64,000 nt of DNA from a virus: IMG/VR virus record IMGVR_UViG_3300021478_000019, positions 53,511 through 117,510 of that record; one strand, given 5' to 3'. Positions 1 through 8,739 of the stretch are shown here, piece after piece (positions within the stretch are counted from its first letter, which is position 1; each line of letters starts with the position of its first letter). A model generated the notes under the pieces. That model saw nothing but the letters and a program-made list of their open reading frames with translations, was not told where the DNA came from and did not search any database. A program made the position numbers and the translations under genes.

Positions 1-36
1 GAGACGGCCAACAGGCCGCGCTTCATGATGTTCATG
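1..36 (-). CDS. Partial CDS (5' end, runs off the window), possibly with a signal peptide
   Basis: ATG at 36 after an AAGGGG RBS-like sequence; reads MNIMKRGLLAVS... Confidence 0.45.
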
Positions 37-90
37 CTTTTTCCCCTTGCTTGCTGGCTGTGTGCCGGCGTCGAAGTTAGCAGAACGACC

Positions 91-115
91 GAGGGCCCCC
101 ACAAGGGGGGCCCTC
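91..115 (-). terminator. GC-rich hairpin, likely terminator/attenuator downstream of the leftward operon
   Basis: GAGGGCCCCC-acaag-GGGGGCCCTC inverted repeat just after the stop of 138..374. Confidence 0.6.
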
Positions 116-137
116 TGAACATTCGGTGTACGGGGGA

Positions 138-374
138 TTACTCCTCCAACTTCCAGCTGAAGTCCTCGGCGTACTTCTCCGGGGAGTAGTCGCAGGCGTC
201 GTCGGAGATGATGTGATAGGCCGAATAGCCGCCCTGGCCGCTTTCGGCGGCGTTGCCCATCCTGTACTTGGTGGCAAAGGCTTCGGCGGCGCCGGTGTCG
301 GGGAACGGCCCGATGACTGGCGGGGAGATGACACCGTCCTTGGTGTCATCTACCTCGATCAGGTAGGCGCTCAT
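138..374 (-). CDS. Hypothetical protein (78 aa)
   Basis: ATGA overlap with upstream ORF 371..781; GC3-rich codons. Confidence 0.7.
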   Translation of the reverse strand: MSAYLIEVDDTKDGVISPPVIGPFPDTGAAEAFATKYRMGNAAESGQGGYSAYHIISDDACDYSPEKYAEDFSWKLEE

Positions 375-781
375 GGCAGGGACGCGGCCAGCAGCTGCAG
401 ATTGGCCTGGGCCACGTTGATGATGGCGCCGACGACCTGGTTGGACCTGGGGTTGATGATGCCCATGCGGACCAGATCCGGCTCCCAGGCCCGGATCAGC
501 CGGGTCCCGAAGTCGTCCACCTGCTGGTGGCTCATGGTGCGGGCGTCAGCGGTGCTGGCGCCGACGTGCCACACGGCGTTGCGAGTGCGACCGGTGCGGT
601 GGATGACGTACAGCGTCTGGCTCCGGGGCAGGCGCTGCACCTCCTGGTACGCCTGGATCATGTTGCTGGCCTCCCAGGTCGACACCCCCAGGTCGTAGGC
701 CAGGGCGGCATTGTTGAAGGCCAACCCCACCCCTCCCTGGTTGCTCACATAGTTCTCCAATATTTCCCATCGTGCCGGCAT
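371..781 (-). CDS. Hypothetical protein, possible N-terminal HTH
   Basis: Strong AAGGAGGT RBS; 'LAYDLGVSTWEASNMIQ' is HTH-like. Confidence 0.7.
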   Translation of the reverse strand: MPARWEILENYVSNQGGVGLAFNNAALAYDLGVSTWEASNMIQAYQEVQRLPRSQTLYVIHRTGRTRNAVWHVGASTADARTMSHQQVDDFGTRLIRAWEPDLVRMGIINPRSNQVVGAIINVAQANLQLLAASLP

Positions 782-799
782 GGCGGCACCTCCTTTTGG

Positions 800-1411
800 T
801 TATGAGACGGCGAAACGGGCTTCCGCCAAGGTGAACGAGAACGCCTCAAAGGCGGCGTTGACGGGGGCCATGGCTTCCTCGGTGGCGGCGCCCTCGGAGA
901 TGGCTTTCTGCAGATATTCCTGGGCCTCCGTCAGAGCCTGAACGCATAGGACCAGGCCGGTGCTGGCCAGGGCCCGTCGCACCGGCTCCAGGGCTTGATG
1001 CGTCCGGGCCACGCTGGCCTTGCGACCGGCTTCGGAGGTGTCGATGCCGGCCCGACGCAGCTTTAGTTCGTGATAGATGGCGTCCTGGGTCTTCGTGTCG
1101 GCAGCCATGATCCCGTCCACCACCGCGGTGGGCTCCGCGGTAGCGGTACGGGTGACGTCACGCTTCTGCCAGGAGATCGGACGTGGTTGGGGCGATCGCC
1201 CTTCGACCGAGTTCTTCAGCCAGTTCCTGAACACGCTTGGGTCGATCCCCATGTGGACGGCAAAGGAGCGCGCCGTGACCTTGACGGTGCGGCCCAGGGC
1301 ATCTCTCTCGTCGGTGGGCTGGTTTTCGTAGCGGCGGAACACGGCCACGAAGCCCTCCTTGTAGTCGCCACACTCGGTGATGATGTCGTTCCAGTTGATG
1401 ATGTTGTCCAT
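800..1411 (-). CDS. Putative HTH DNA-binding protein
   Basis: AGGAGG RBS; 'TARSFAVHMGIDPSVFRNWL' HTH-like motif; helical C-terminus. Confidence 0.7.
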   Translation of the reverse strand: MDNIINWNDIITECGDYKEGFVAVFRRYENQPTDERDALGRTVKVTARSFAVHMGIDPSVFRNWLKNSVEGRSPQPRPISWQKRDVTRTATAEPTAVVDGIMAADTKTQDAIYHELKLRRAGIDTSEAGRKASVARTHQALEPVRRALASTGLVLCVQALTEAQEYLQKAISEGAATEEAMAPVNAAFEAFSFTLAEARFAVS

Positions 1412-1422
1412 ATGTCCTCCTG

Positions 1423-2199
1423 TTAGTTGATGGTGATATAGCTGCCCTGGCCGATATCCCCGACGCCTTCTTCTCGACCAGGGAACATCTTGCGCTGAAG
1501 GATCTTCAGGGTGCGGATGACCCGTTCGATGTCACGGTCAACGATCTTCAGCTGGGCCGGGATGGTGGCCGGCAGGTTGTCGAATTCGGCCACATAGGGG
1601 CCGACGATCCTGAGGAACGCCTCGATTTCCTTGTCCAACCGCTCCCAATACTGGTGCCGGCGCAGGGCATGCTCGCCGGCAGCCTTGCTGAGCTTGATGG
1701 CCTGCTTCTGGGCCTCCACGGCCCGACGTTCGTCCTCCTCCTCGTACATGCGGATGACGGCCAGGTTGCGGCGGGCGTTACGGCTGTCCTCCGCGGTGGC
1801 CTTGAGCCCTTCACGGACCTCGGGGTCGGATAGCTCCTCCCACAGGGCGTTGATCCGGGCTTCCAGCTTCTCTTGCCGGGTGGGCTGGGCGAAGGGCACG
1901 GGCTCGCCGGCTTCGGCGGCTTTCCGACCGGATTCGGTGATGTCCCAGACCATGTTGGCTTTGCCCGAGGCGCTCTGACGGCGCCCGGCCTGGACGACCA
2001 GGCCGGCTTTCCGTAGCTCGTTGCGCCGGGGGCGCAGCAAGTCGCCGGGGATACCGGTGGCTCGCTCTAGTTCGGCATCGAGGAGGGGCACGTCAGCGAT
2101 GGCCAGAATCTGAAGCACTCGGAGGCGCACCTCTGCCGCTGACCACGATGTGAAAGAGGAGGGGCCGGCGTCATCCGGCCCCTCCTTTTCTCCGATCAA
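1423..2199 (-). CDS. Winged-HTH (MarR/ArsR-like) protein with coiled-coil C-terminus
   Basis: 'LLDAELERATGIPGDLLRPRRNELRKAGLV...VWDITESGRKA' is a wHTH pattern. Confidence 0.7.
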   Translation of the reverse strand: MIGEKEGPDDAGPSSFTSWSAAEVRLRVLQILAIADVPLLDAELERATGIPGDLLRPRRNELRKAGLVVQAGRRQSASGKANMVWDITESGRKAAEAGEPVPFAQPTRQEKLEARINALWEELSDPEVREGLKATAEDSRNARRNLAVIRMYEEEDERRAVEAQKQAIKLSKAAGEHALRRHQYWERLDKEIEAFLRIVGPYVAEFDNLPATIPAQLKIVDRDIERVIRTLKILQRKMFPGREEGVGDIGQGSYITIN

Positions 2200-2795
2200 A
2201 CGGAGCCGGCAGCCAGGGCCAGCCGCTCGGCCACCTTGGCCGAGGCGTTGGTGGTGATCTCCTGGGCGTCGTTCTTGAACTCGTCCAGCAGTTCGGGGGC
2301 CAGCTGGCCGGCATAGCCGACATCGCGGACCACGGTCTTGGCGATCCGGGTGCCCACCTTGTCGGCGTCGCGCTCAGCCACCTCGCCCCGCTCGGACATG
2401 ATGCCGCGGGCCGCATCCTGGCGGTCCACCACACTGATCACCCCGGTCACGAAGTCGCAGACGTAGACGTGACCGTTGGTCACGAAGTTGCGGTTAAACC
2501 GCGACCTCGGGGTGAGATAGGTCTTGAGCCGGGTGATATACCAGACATCGTCCAGCCCGTAGACCTCGGGGGTGACCCCGGTGGCGTTGACCATGCCGGT
2601 CGCCAACTCGCCGCTCTCAACGAGCGGCTCCAGGTTGCTGAGGATGCGGCCCATCTCCGTGGGCACGTTGAACTCCAGTTCCGGCTCCCCCGGCTTGCCC
2701 ACCGGGCCACGGGTGACCTGGTAGACGAGATTCTCATCGGTGGCGACGAGAACCTCCACCTCCTCGGGGTGTTCCATCAAGCGAGTGGATTTCAC
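2196..2795 (-). CDS. Hypothetical protein, first gene of the leftward operon
   Basis: GAGGAG RBS 5 nt before GTG at 2795; overlaps the next gene by 4 nt. Confidence 0.65.
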   Translation of the reverse strand: MKSTRLMEHPEEVEVLVATDENLVYQVTRGPVGKPGEPELEFNVPTEMGRILSNLEPLVESGELATGMVNATGVTPEVYGLDDVWYITRLKTYLTPRSRFNRNFVTNGHVYVCDFVTGVISVVDRQDAARGIMSERGEVAERDADKVGTRIAKTVVRDVGYAGQLAPELLDEFKNDAQEITTNASAKVAERLALAAGSV

Positions 2796-3342
2796 CACTG
2801 CTCCTCTCTGTTGGAAGCTCGCCACAGGCGGGCTTGTGGTCTGCCCCGGAGGTAAATCAGATCACCACCGGTGATCTGGGTTTCCGAGGCACCGCCATGT
2901 CTACCATCTCTTATCCCCAGGTGCAAGCGTTTTCTTCCACATGCATGCGCGTTCCCAAGCATGCCGAGACCGCATACTCCCTGGTACTGGGCGGTTCTTG
3001 CTGGTACTCGGTGGTACTGGTGATGCCTGTAGTTGTCCACAGGTTCCTCTGGAGTCCACTGATTACCGGTATTGACCGCCCGTGACCTCTGGCGTCAGGA
3101 AAACCGGACGCCAGCGACTTCCAGCGACCTGCGGCGGAACGAGAAGGCCCCCCGCGTCCGGGGGGCTCCTCCCTGGGATGGTGTCAGGGGCCGTCGCCTA
3201 CCTGCCATGCCCTGCTGACGGATTCGCGGTGCCGTTGCCTCTGTGTGCCTCATTGGCTCTGCGCTGATGGCGGTGCGGGCCGTCACCGGTGACTATATCA
3301 TCTTCGGTTCTCGGGGGTAACGGGCCCTGACCAGGGCATTTA

Positions 3343-3405
3343 CAGAAAAGGGGCACTATCCGCTCATTGAGGGGCATGACTGCTCATATGGTGCCCCATT
3401 TTCTG
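3343..3405. repeat. Imperfect inverted repeat upstream of the integrase; candidate attP or operator
   Basis: CAGAAAAGGGGCAC ... GTGCCCCATTTTCTG arms. Confidence 0.45.
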
Positions 3406-3418
3406 GTACCGTGTGGGC

Positions 3419-4855
3419 ATGAAGTCGAGGGAACAACGCCAGGCCGAAAGCGCCTACGAACTGCTATTCGGTATCTACGCCAGACAGTCCCTGACCAGGG
3501 GCGAAACCGAATCTCTGCCCGACCAGGTGGAGCGGGGTCGCAGGGCGGTGGCGAGGGAGGGCACCGCGGTGGTGGAGTTCATCGAGCCCCCGTCCACATC
3601 CGGCTCCAAGCATCGTGGTCTGAAGCGCCAGGAGTTCCCCAAGCTCGTAGAGATGGTGAGATCGGGGGAGATAAATGCGGTCTGGGCCCTCACCACTGCT
3701 CGCATCAGCCGAGGCGGGGGGCCCGGCTGGGCTCCGCTCCTCCAGGCTGCCATCGACATGGGCCTGGACCTCAACCGCTTCGTGATGATCAGGGATAAGT
3801 TCTTGGATGAATCCGCGCTCAACCGTAAGGCTGACGCTGACCGGGAGTTCGCTGAGCAGATGAGCGAATACAGCATCGACAATAAGGAGCGTGAGGCTCG
3901 GGACGGCAAGCCCTCTCCTGGTGGTCTGCGCCCGTTCGGTCGCAACAAGGACGGCCTCACTGAGCATAGGACCGAGGGCCCCATGGTGCGACAGATGGGT
4001 CGGGAGGCTCTAGGCGGGCGCAAGCCTTACAGCTTCGCTGAGGAACTGAACAGGAAGGGGATCAAAAATACCGGTGGTGGCAAGTTCACACCGGAGTCGG
4101 TTCGTCGTATTCTCGTCTCGCCCCGCACCGCCGGGTATCGAGAGATCGGTAGCGATCTCATCCCAATAATCGGATGCGAACCGTTGATTGAGCGGGAAGC
4201 CTGGAAGAGATTACGGGACATGCTGGAGACCAACAAGGAGTGGGACACCAGGCCCCGCCATCCGAAGACCTTTGAGTTGCACGGCTTCGTCTTCTGCGCT
4301 CTCTGCGGAAAGGGGCTCCGGGGCCGCTACAAGAGCAACACCAGTGATGAAGATCGCCGCTACTGCTGTCCTTCGGTCGCGCAGGGCGGTTGCAACAAGA
4401 TCTCGGCCAGTGCGGCCCAGCTAGAACGAGAGATGGAGCGGAAGGTCATGGGTCAGCTGGCCGACCCCGCGTTTCGTCGAGGGCTGCTGGCCGGCCAGGA
4501 GGATCAGCCGAGTTCGGAACTGGAGGCCCTGAGCAAGGAGAAGGCAGCCCTCCAGACACAGCGCCTCGGGTTCATGGACCTGGCAGGCGTGTTCACCAAG
4601 GACGAGATCGCGGCCAAGGTGCGCCCGGTAGACCAGGCCATCAAGAAGATCGATCACCAGATGGGCACACTGCTGAGCGCCCGACATCAGTTGGCGATCA
4701 GCGTGGACCTCGACAACCTCCCTACCTGGGCAGAGGCGACCTTCGACCAGAAGCGTGACCTGATGCGTCTGGTGGTGAATCGGGTCGAGGTCGGTAAGTC
4801 GAAGACGAAGGGTCGCGCCTGGGACGCTTCCCGGTTGACTTGGCATCTTCGCTGA
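3419..4855 (+). CDS. Large serine recombinase (phage integrase)
   Basis: N-terminal 'YARQS' catalytic Ser motif, 'ARISR', recombinase domain (PFG...), Zn ribbon CALCG...YCCPSVAQGGC, coiled coil, C-terminal 'KRDLMRLVVNRVEV'; ATG at 3419 follows a TACCGT -10 (leaderless). Confidence 0.95.
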   Translation: MKSREQRQAESAYELLFGIYARQSLTRGETESLPDQVERGRRAVAREGTAVVEFIEPPSTSGSKHRGLKRQEFPKLVEMVRSGEINAVWALTTARISRGGGPGWAPLLQAAIDMGLDLNRFVMIRDKFLDESALNRKADADREFAEQMSEYSIDNKEREARDGKPSPGGLRPFGRNKDGLTEHRTEGPMVRQMGREALGGRKPYSFAEELNRKGIKNTGGGKFTPESVRRILVSPRTAGYREIGSDLIPIIGCEPLIEREAWKRLRDMLETNKEWDTRPRHPKTFELHGFVFCALCGKGLRGRYKSNTSDEDRRYCCPSVAQGGCNKISASAAQLEREMERKVMGQLADPAFRRGLLAGQEDQPSSELEALSKEKAALQTQRLGFMDLAGVFTKDEIAAKVRPVDQAIKKIDHQMGTLLSARHQLAISVDLDNLPTWAEATFDQKRDLMRLVVNRVEVGKSKTKGRAWDASRLTWHLR

Positions 4856-4991
4856 TCCTGCTCAGCATGATCTGGGCCAGGACTCGACCGGCCTCATAGG
4901 CAAGCTCGTCGGACCACTCTGTCCCTTGCCGGGCTCTGATAGCTCTGACCTCGGCGGTCATCTCGTCCAGTTCTTCCCGGCTGTAGGGCAT
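4722..4991 (-). CDS. Small hypothetical protein convergent with and overlapping the integrase; candidate recombination directionality factor
   Basis: MPYSREELDEMTAEVRAIRARQG...; adjacent to the integrase; function is inference only. Confidence 0.45.
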   Translation of the reverse strand: MPYSREELDEMTAEVRAIRARQGTEWSDELAYEAGRVLAQIMLSRISEDAKSTGKRPRRDPSSSTYRPRPDSPPDASGHASGRRSPLPR

Positions 4992-5144
4992 GGAGCCGAC
5001 GGTACGAGCCGGCCTGGCGGCGCACCCCCTTGGCGCTGAAGTTCACCTAAATGGTCGTCCTGACTTGCACCCAACCTTCGGTGTGGTAGGGTTTTGTCAC
5101 CGGGGATTGGAACCCTTCGGTGGTTGGTTGGTTGTGTCATCGTG

Positions 5145-5168
5145 AAGAGCCCCCTTCGGGGGGCTCTT
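5145..5168. terminator. Intrinsic terminator-like hairpin downstream of the Rpf gene
   Basis: AAGAGCCCCC-ttcg-GGGGGCTCTT with TTCG tetraloop. Confidence 0.75.
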
Positions 5169-5247
5169 CTAGTTGTGGAGCCCCCTCCCCAGGGCGGGCG
5201 GGGAGGGAAGCTCCGAAGAGGGACGTGGTTGTTGTGACTACGTGCCC

Positions 5248-5943
5248 TCAGCAGCCATCGTAGGGTCTCCATGGCTGAGCGCCGTCCTTGGCGTACAGCT
5301 GCTGGAACGCCGCGTCCTGCTCCGACCGGGAGGCCGTCCAGGCGCTCCCAGACCGGCCCAGGCTGGCCCAGGTGCTGTTCAGGATCCCGTAAATGTTGCT
5401 GGACCCAGCACCGTTTGTCGACTCCCTGAAGGCCACACAGGACTGGAAGGAGCCCGGCGCCCCATATGACCGGGGCGCCGAGTACGACCTGCTCACCACA
5501 GGCGCCCGGACGGGTGTATAAGTCCTGGTAGGAGCCGTGTAGTAGTGGTGAACGGGAGGTGTACTGGCGGGGGCCGTGGGTAGAACAACAGGGGCCGGCA
5601 CATAGCTGACAGGTGGGAGGGTGATGACCTGGCCCACCAGGATCAAGTTCGGATTGGGAACGTGGTTGTAGGAGGCCAGTTGTTCCCAGGTCCGGGCTGG
5701 GCGGGCTCGGGTGCCGATCAGCCAGAGGGAGTCTCCCGATCGCACGGTGACCCTCGGCATCGGCGCCTGGACCCGCAGCGCCGTGAGGACGGCTCTCGGG
5801 GGCGAACCACTGGCCTGGGCCACATCTCCTACCGCTGGAAGGTGGCTACCGGGGCCTACCGGCGCCGCTGCTGCTGTCGCTGCGGATGCTGCAAAGGGAA
5901 GTGCGCCCGCTAGGGCGCACATGAGTAGGAACTTCTTCCTCAT
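5248..5943 (-). CDS. Secreted LysM + Rpf-like (resuscitation-promoting factor/lytic transglycosylase) protein
   Basis: Start MRKKFLLMCALAG after AAGGAG; signal peptide; LysM 'VTVRSGDSLWLI...NPNLILVGQVITLP'; Pro-rich linker; Rpf-like 'CVAFRES...YGILNSTWASLG...ASRSEQDAAFQQLYAKDGAQPW...C'. Confidence 0.88.
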   Translation of the reverse strand: MRKKFLLMCALAGALPFAASAATAAAAPVGPGSHLPAVGDVAQASGSPPRAVLTALRVQAPMPRVTVRSGDSLWLIGTRARPARTWEQLASYNHVPNPNLILVGQVITLPPVSYVPAPVVLPTAPASTPPVHHYYTAPTRTYTPVRAPVVSRSYSAPRSYGAPGSFQSCVAFRESTNGAGSSNIYGILNSTWASLGRSGSAWTASRSEQDAAFQQLYAKDGAQPWRPYDGC

Positions 5944-6120
5944 GGGTCTCCTTGGTCTCGGGGGACTTGCGAGGGCTCTGACTACGAACCCTGGTCTGTG
6001 TCGAGGGGCGCGCTCCTTCCTGGCTAGGTGAAACAGTGGATCTGGCAACCTTAGTCGATGTACAGTTCCGAAAACCGGTCTGGGGAAGAGCAGTCTCCGA
6101 GTCAGGAAAGGGCGATTTTT

Positions 6121-6501
6121 ATGGCGAGACGCAGCGCTGCCGACACCCTCATCGAGGAGGCTGCCATCTTCCTGCGCTGCCGGGCCTATGGCCACAGCTG
6201 GGACGAATTTTTCCCCGACGACATGGAGCAGCCCTGGTACGGCTGGCGGCTGAGCCTGCGCTGCGTCCGCTGCGGCACGGAGCGCCATGACAACATCGAC
6301 TTCAAGGGCGCCATGATGAGCCGACGCTACATCCACCCGCTGGGCTACCTGACCCGTAAAGGCGACGCCAAACCGACCAGGACTGAGTTCCGTGAGGAGC
6401 TATTTATCAGCCTGCGTGCCAGACTGGAGAAGATCAACGCGGTGGGCGAAGACGCTGAGATCACGCCCATCAAGTCGGCCCGGAAAGCCAGGAGCGCATG
6501 A
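6121..6501 (+). CDS. Zn-binding phage protein (CxxxxH...CxxC)
   Basis: 'LRCRAYGHSW' and 'LRCVRCGTERHD'; first gene of the rightward operon. Confidence 0.75.
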   Translation: MARRSAADTLIEEAAIFLRCRAYGHSWDEFFPDDMEQPWYGWRLSLRCVRCGTERHDNIDFKGAMMSRRYIHPLGYLTRKGDAKPTRTEFREELFISLRARLEKINAVGEDAEITPIKSARKARSA

Positions 6502-7376
6502 CCACCCGTACCCGCACCCGCACCTCGACCAACGGCAAGGTGACCCACCGGGAGACGGTGGGCATCGAGGAGATCGACCCGGAGACGGCGCAGCGGTGGT
6601 TGGAGGGTAACGTCGATAACAGAGTCCTGCGGGAGTCTCGGGTCGTAAAGCTGGGTGGAATTCTTCAGCGGGACGAGTGGGAACTGACTGGCGACGCCAT
6701 TGTTTTCGATGACCAGGACGTGCTGCTCAACGGCCAACACCGGCTGAGCGCCATCGTGGTCACCGGAATACCGGCCCGGCTCCTGGTCCTCCGGGGGGTC
6801 CCCTCCAAGGCACAGGAGGTCATGGATCAGGGGTTGAGCCGGAACTTGGGTGACCAGCTGCATCGCCGCGGCGTGTCCTACGCCTTCGTGATCTCGGGGG
6901 GCCTGCACTGGCTGCACCAGATGCGCTACAACGAGGCCACCGGGGGCGCCCACTACGTGGACTCCGCGGAGCATCCCACCCTGCGCCAGCTGCTGGCCAT
7001 CCATGAGGAGACCGCCCCCCACCTGGAGGAGTTGGCGCCCTCCATCAACAAGCTGCGCTACTACACCAAGGTCCGTCCGGGCCCCACCCTGGCCCTGCGC
7101 TACCGCCTGGGTCAGATCGACGAGACCGAGGCCCAGCTGTTCTTCGACTCCTGGCGGGAGGGCACCGGCCTGGCCAAGGATGACCCCATCTTCCGGCTAC
7201 GGGAGTGGTGCATGGCTGACGCTCGCTTTCGCTCGACCAAGGGTCGGACGCCGGCCTACCGCTACGTGGCCTACGTACTGGTGGCCTGGAACCGCTGGCG
7301 GGACCAGGTGCCCATGCGCCAGCTGACCTGGCACTTCACCCCCAGTCAGAAGGACCCATGGCCGACACCCCACTGA
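6498..7376 (+). CDS. ParB/Srx-superfamily (DGQHR-like) protein
   Basis: 'NR.LRESRV..L...L....W.LTGDAIVFD....LLNGQHRLSAIV' motif. Confidence 0.8.
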   Translation: MTTRTRTRTSTNGKVTHRETVGIEEIDPETAQRWLEGNVDNRVLRESRVVKLGGILQRDEWELTGDAIVFDDQDVLLNGQHRLSAIVVTGIPARLLVLRGVPSKAQEVMDQGLSRNLGDQLHRRGVSYAFVISGGLHWLHQMRYNEATGGAHYVDSAEHPTLRQLLAIHEETAPHLEELAPSINKLRYYTKVRPGPTLALRYRLGQIDETEAQLFFDSWREGTGLAKDDPIFRLREWCMADARFRSTKGRTPAYRYVAYVLVAWNRWRDQVPMRQLTWHFTPSQKDPWPTPH

Positions 7377-8449
7377 CGTCTCGGCCCCGAGTGGGTAAGG
7401 CCCCTGGCGGGCGTCTGGCGAAAGGCACCGTCCCGCTCCCTGACGAAGTCGAGTCGCACCCGCGGGCCGGTAAGTGGAGTTGGGGTGGTGGTGACGGTGG
7501 TGACCCCTTCCTCCAGTCCCTGCGGCCCCAGGACGTGGCCCACCAGCGCCAGCAGCTGCTGCGCTGGTGGTCCCACCCCGGTGAGTGGCAGCACAAGTTC
7601 GCCCTCCATGGCCGGCGCAACATTCCCGGTTGGCTGGAGCATCCCGAACGGGAGGCCGAGGAGGTTCGCTGGTGGATGGAGGACACGTTCAGGAAGGCTG
7701 AGTTGTACTGGGTGAGCCCGGAGATGACCGACGTCATCACCACCCTGGCGCCCGGCATCCCCGACACCCTGCCCCAGCCTCCGGTGCCTCACGCCCTGGT
7801 CATGTTCGCCAAGTCCATCCCTGGCACCGACGCCGAGGACGGCAGCAACATCTACACCTCGGCGTTCCTGTGGAGCGACATCGACCTGTACAAGATCGGC
7901 CCTTGCATCGCTATGGAGAGCTACGCCTGGCGGGATTGGGTGGGCCTGTACCGGGGCCTCGACGACGAGGGCCAGCAGCTGTTCCGTGAGATCTACCCCA
8001 ACCGGCTCATGCCCACCGGGGGCTCGGAGTGGCCCATGGGTGCCCTGACCTCGGAGTTCGATACCGCCCCAGCTGAGGATGACCTGCAGAGGCAGTCCAT
8101 GGTGGAGGACCGCCGGCTGCTGTCGACCTTCTGGGCCCTGGCCTCTCAGAAGATTGTGATCGAGTCTCGTCACCAGCCCTCTCGGGCAGAGCGGCGTGCC
8201 GCCCAGCGGGAGGGTCGTCCCCTCGACGAGGTTCGTGTGATCCGGCTGCGGGAACCCGCCACCCGCAGCCGCGGTGATGCTGGTTCGGATGTGGAGTGGT
8301 CCCACCGGTGGATCGTCGGTAAACACTGGCGAAACCAGTGGTACCCCGCATCCGGCCAGCATCGCCCAAAGCTGATCGAGGCGTACCAGAAGGGCCCGGC
8401 TGACAAGCCTCTGGTGCTACGTGAGACAGTGCGAGCCTTGGTGCGGTAA
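7358..8449 (+). CDS. Conserved-type phage hypothetical protein
   Basis: 363 aa; C-terminal 'HRWIVGKHWRNQWYP...AYQKGP' motif of a kind I recognise from phage hypotheticals. Confidence 0.75.
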   Translation: MADTPLTSRPRVGKAPGGRLAKGTVPLPDEVESHPRAGKWSWGGGDGGDPFLQSLRPQDVAHQRQQLLRWWSHPGEWQHKFALHGRRNIPGWLEHPEREAEEVRWWMEDTFRKAELYWVSPEMTDVITTLAPGIPDTLPQPPVPHALVMFAKSIPGTDAEDGSNIYTSAFLWSDIDLYKIGPCIAMESYAWRDWVGLYRGLDDEGQQLFREIYPNRLMPTGGSEWPMGALTSEFDTAPAEDDLQRQSMVEDRRLLSTFWALASQKIVIESRHQPSRAERRAAQREGRPLDEVRVIRLREPATRSRGDAGSDVEWSHRWIVGKHWRNQWYPASGQHRPKLIEAYQKGPADKPLVLRETVRALVR

Positions 8450-8466
8450 TCAAGAAAAGGAGAGAA

Positions 8467-8739
8467 ATGACACTCGTATCCGAAGCCCAGGTTGACAACA
8501 TCGAGGAAGGGAAGCTGCTGTTCGTAATTCTTGACAAGACTGGCGACACCAAGCACATCTGGGACCGCAGCAATCCCGACGAGGTGGCCGAGGCCCGTGC
8601 CCTGTTCACCCGCATGACCGGTGAGCGCAAGTTCCAGGCGTGGTCGGTCACCAGGAAGGGTGACAAGGATCAGCGCATCACCGAGTTCGACCCCCAAGCT
8701 GAGAAGGTGATCTTCGCCCCGGCCCTGGTGGGCGGCTGA
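8467..8739 (+). CDS. Ubiquitin-like (beta-grasp, MoaD/ThiS-like) protein with C-terminal di-glycine
   Basis: AAGGAG RBS; predicted beta-beta-alpha-beta-beta-beta order; ends KVIFAPALVGG-stop. Confidence 0.75.
   Translation: MTLVSEAQVDNIEEGKLLFVILDKTGDTKHIWDRSNPDEVAEARALFTRMTGERKFQAWSVTRKGDKDQRITEFDPQAEKVIFAPALVGG

Noticed and set aside
5944-6060. c-di-AMP (ydaO) riboswitch upstream of the Rpf gene, as in actinobacterial rpfA
   Set aside because: Only a small AGGGTTC/GAGCCCT hairpin is visible; the GCUGAAUCC and CCCGUCAGCUAA core motifs are absent.
5944-6336. N-terminal extension of the 362-aa track ORF 5248..6336
   Set aside because: It overlaps the divergent gene at 6121; the RBS and signal peptide place the start at 5943.
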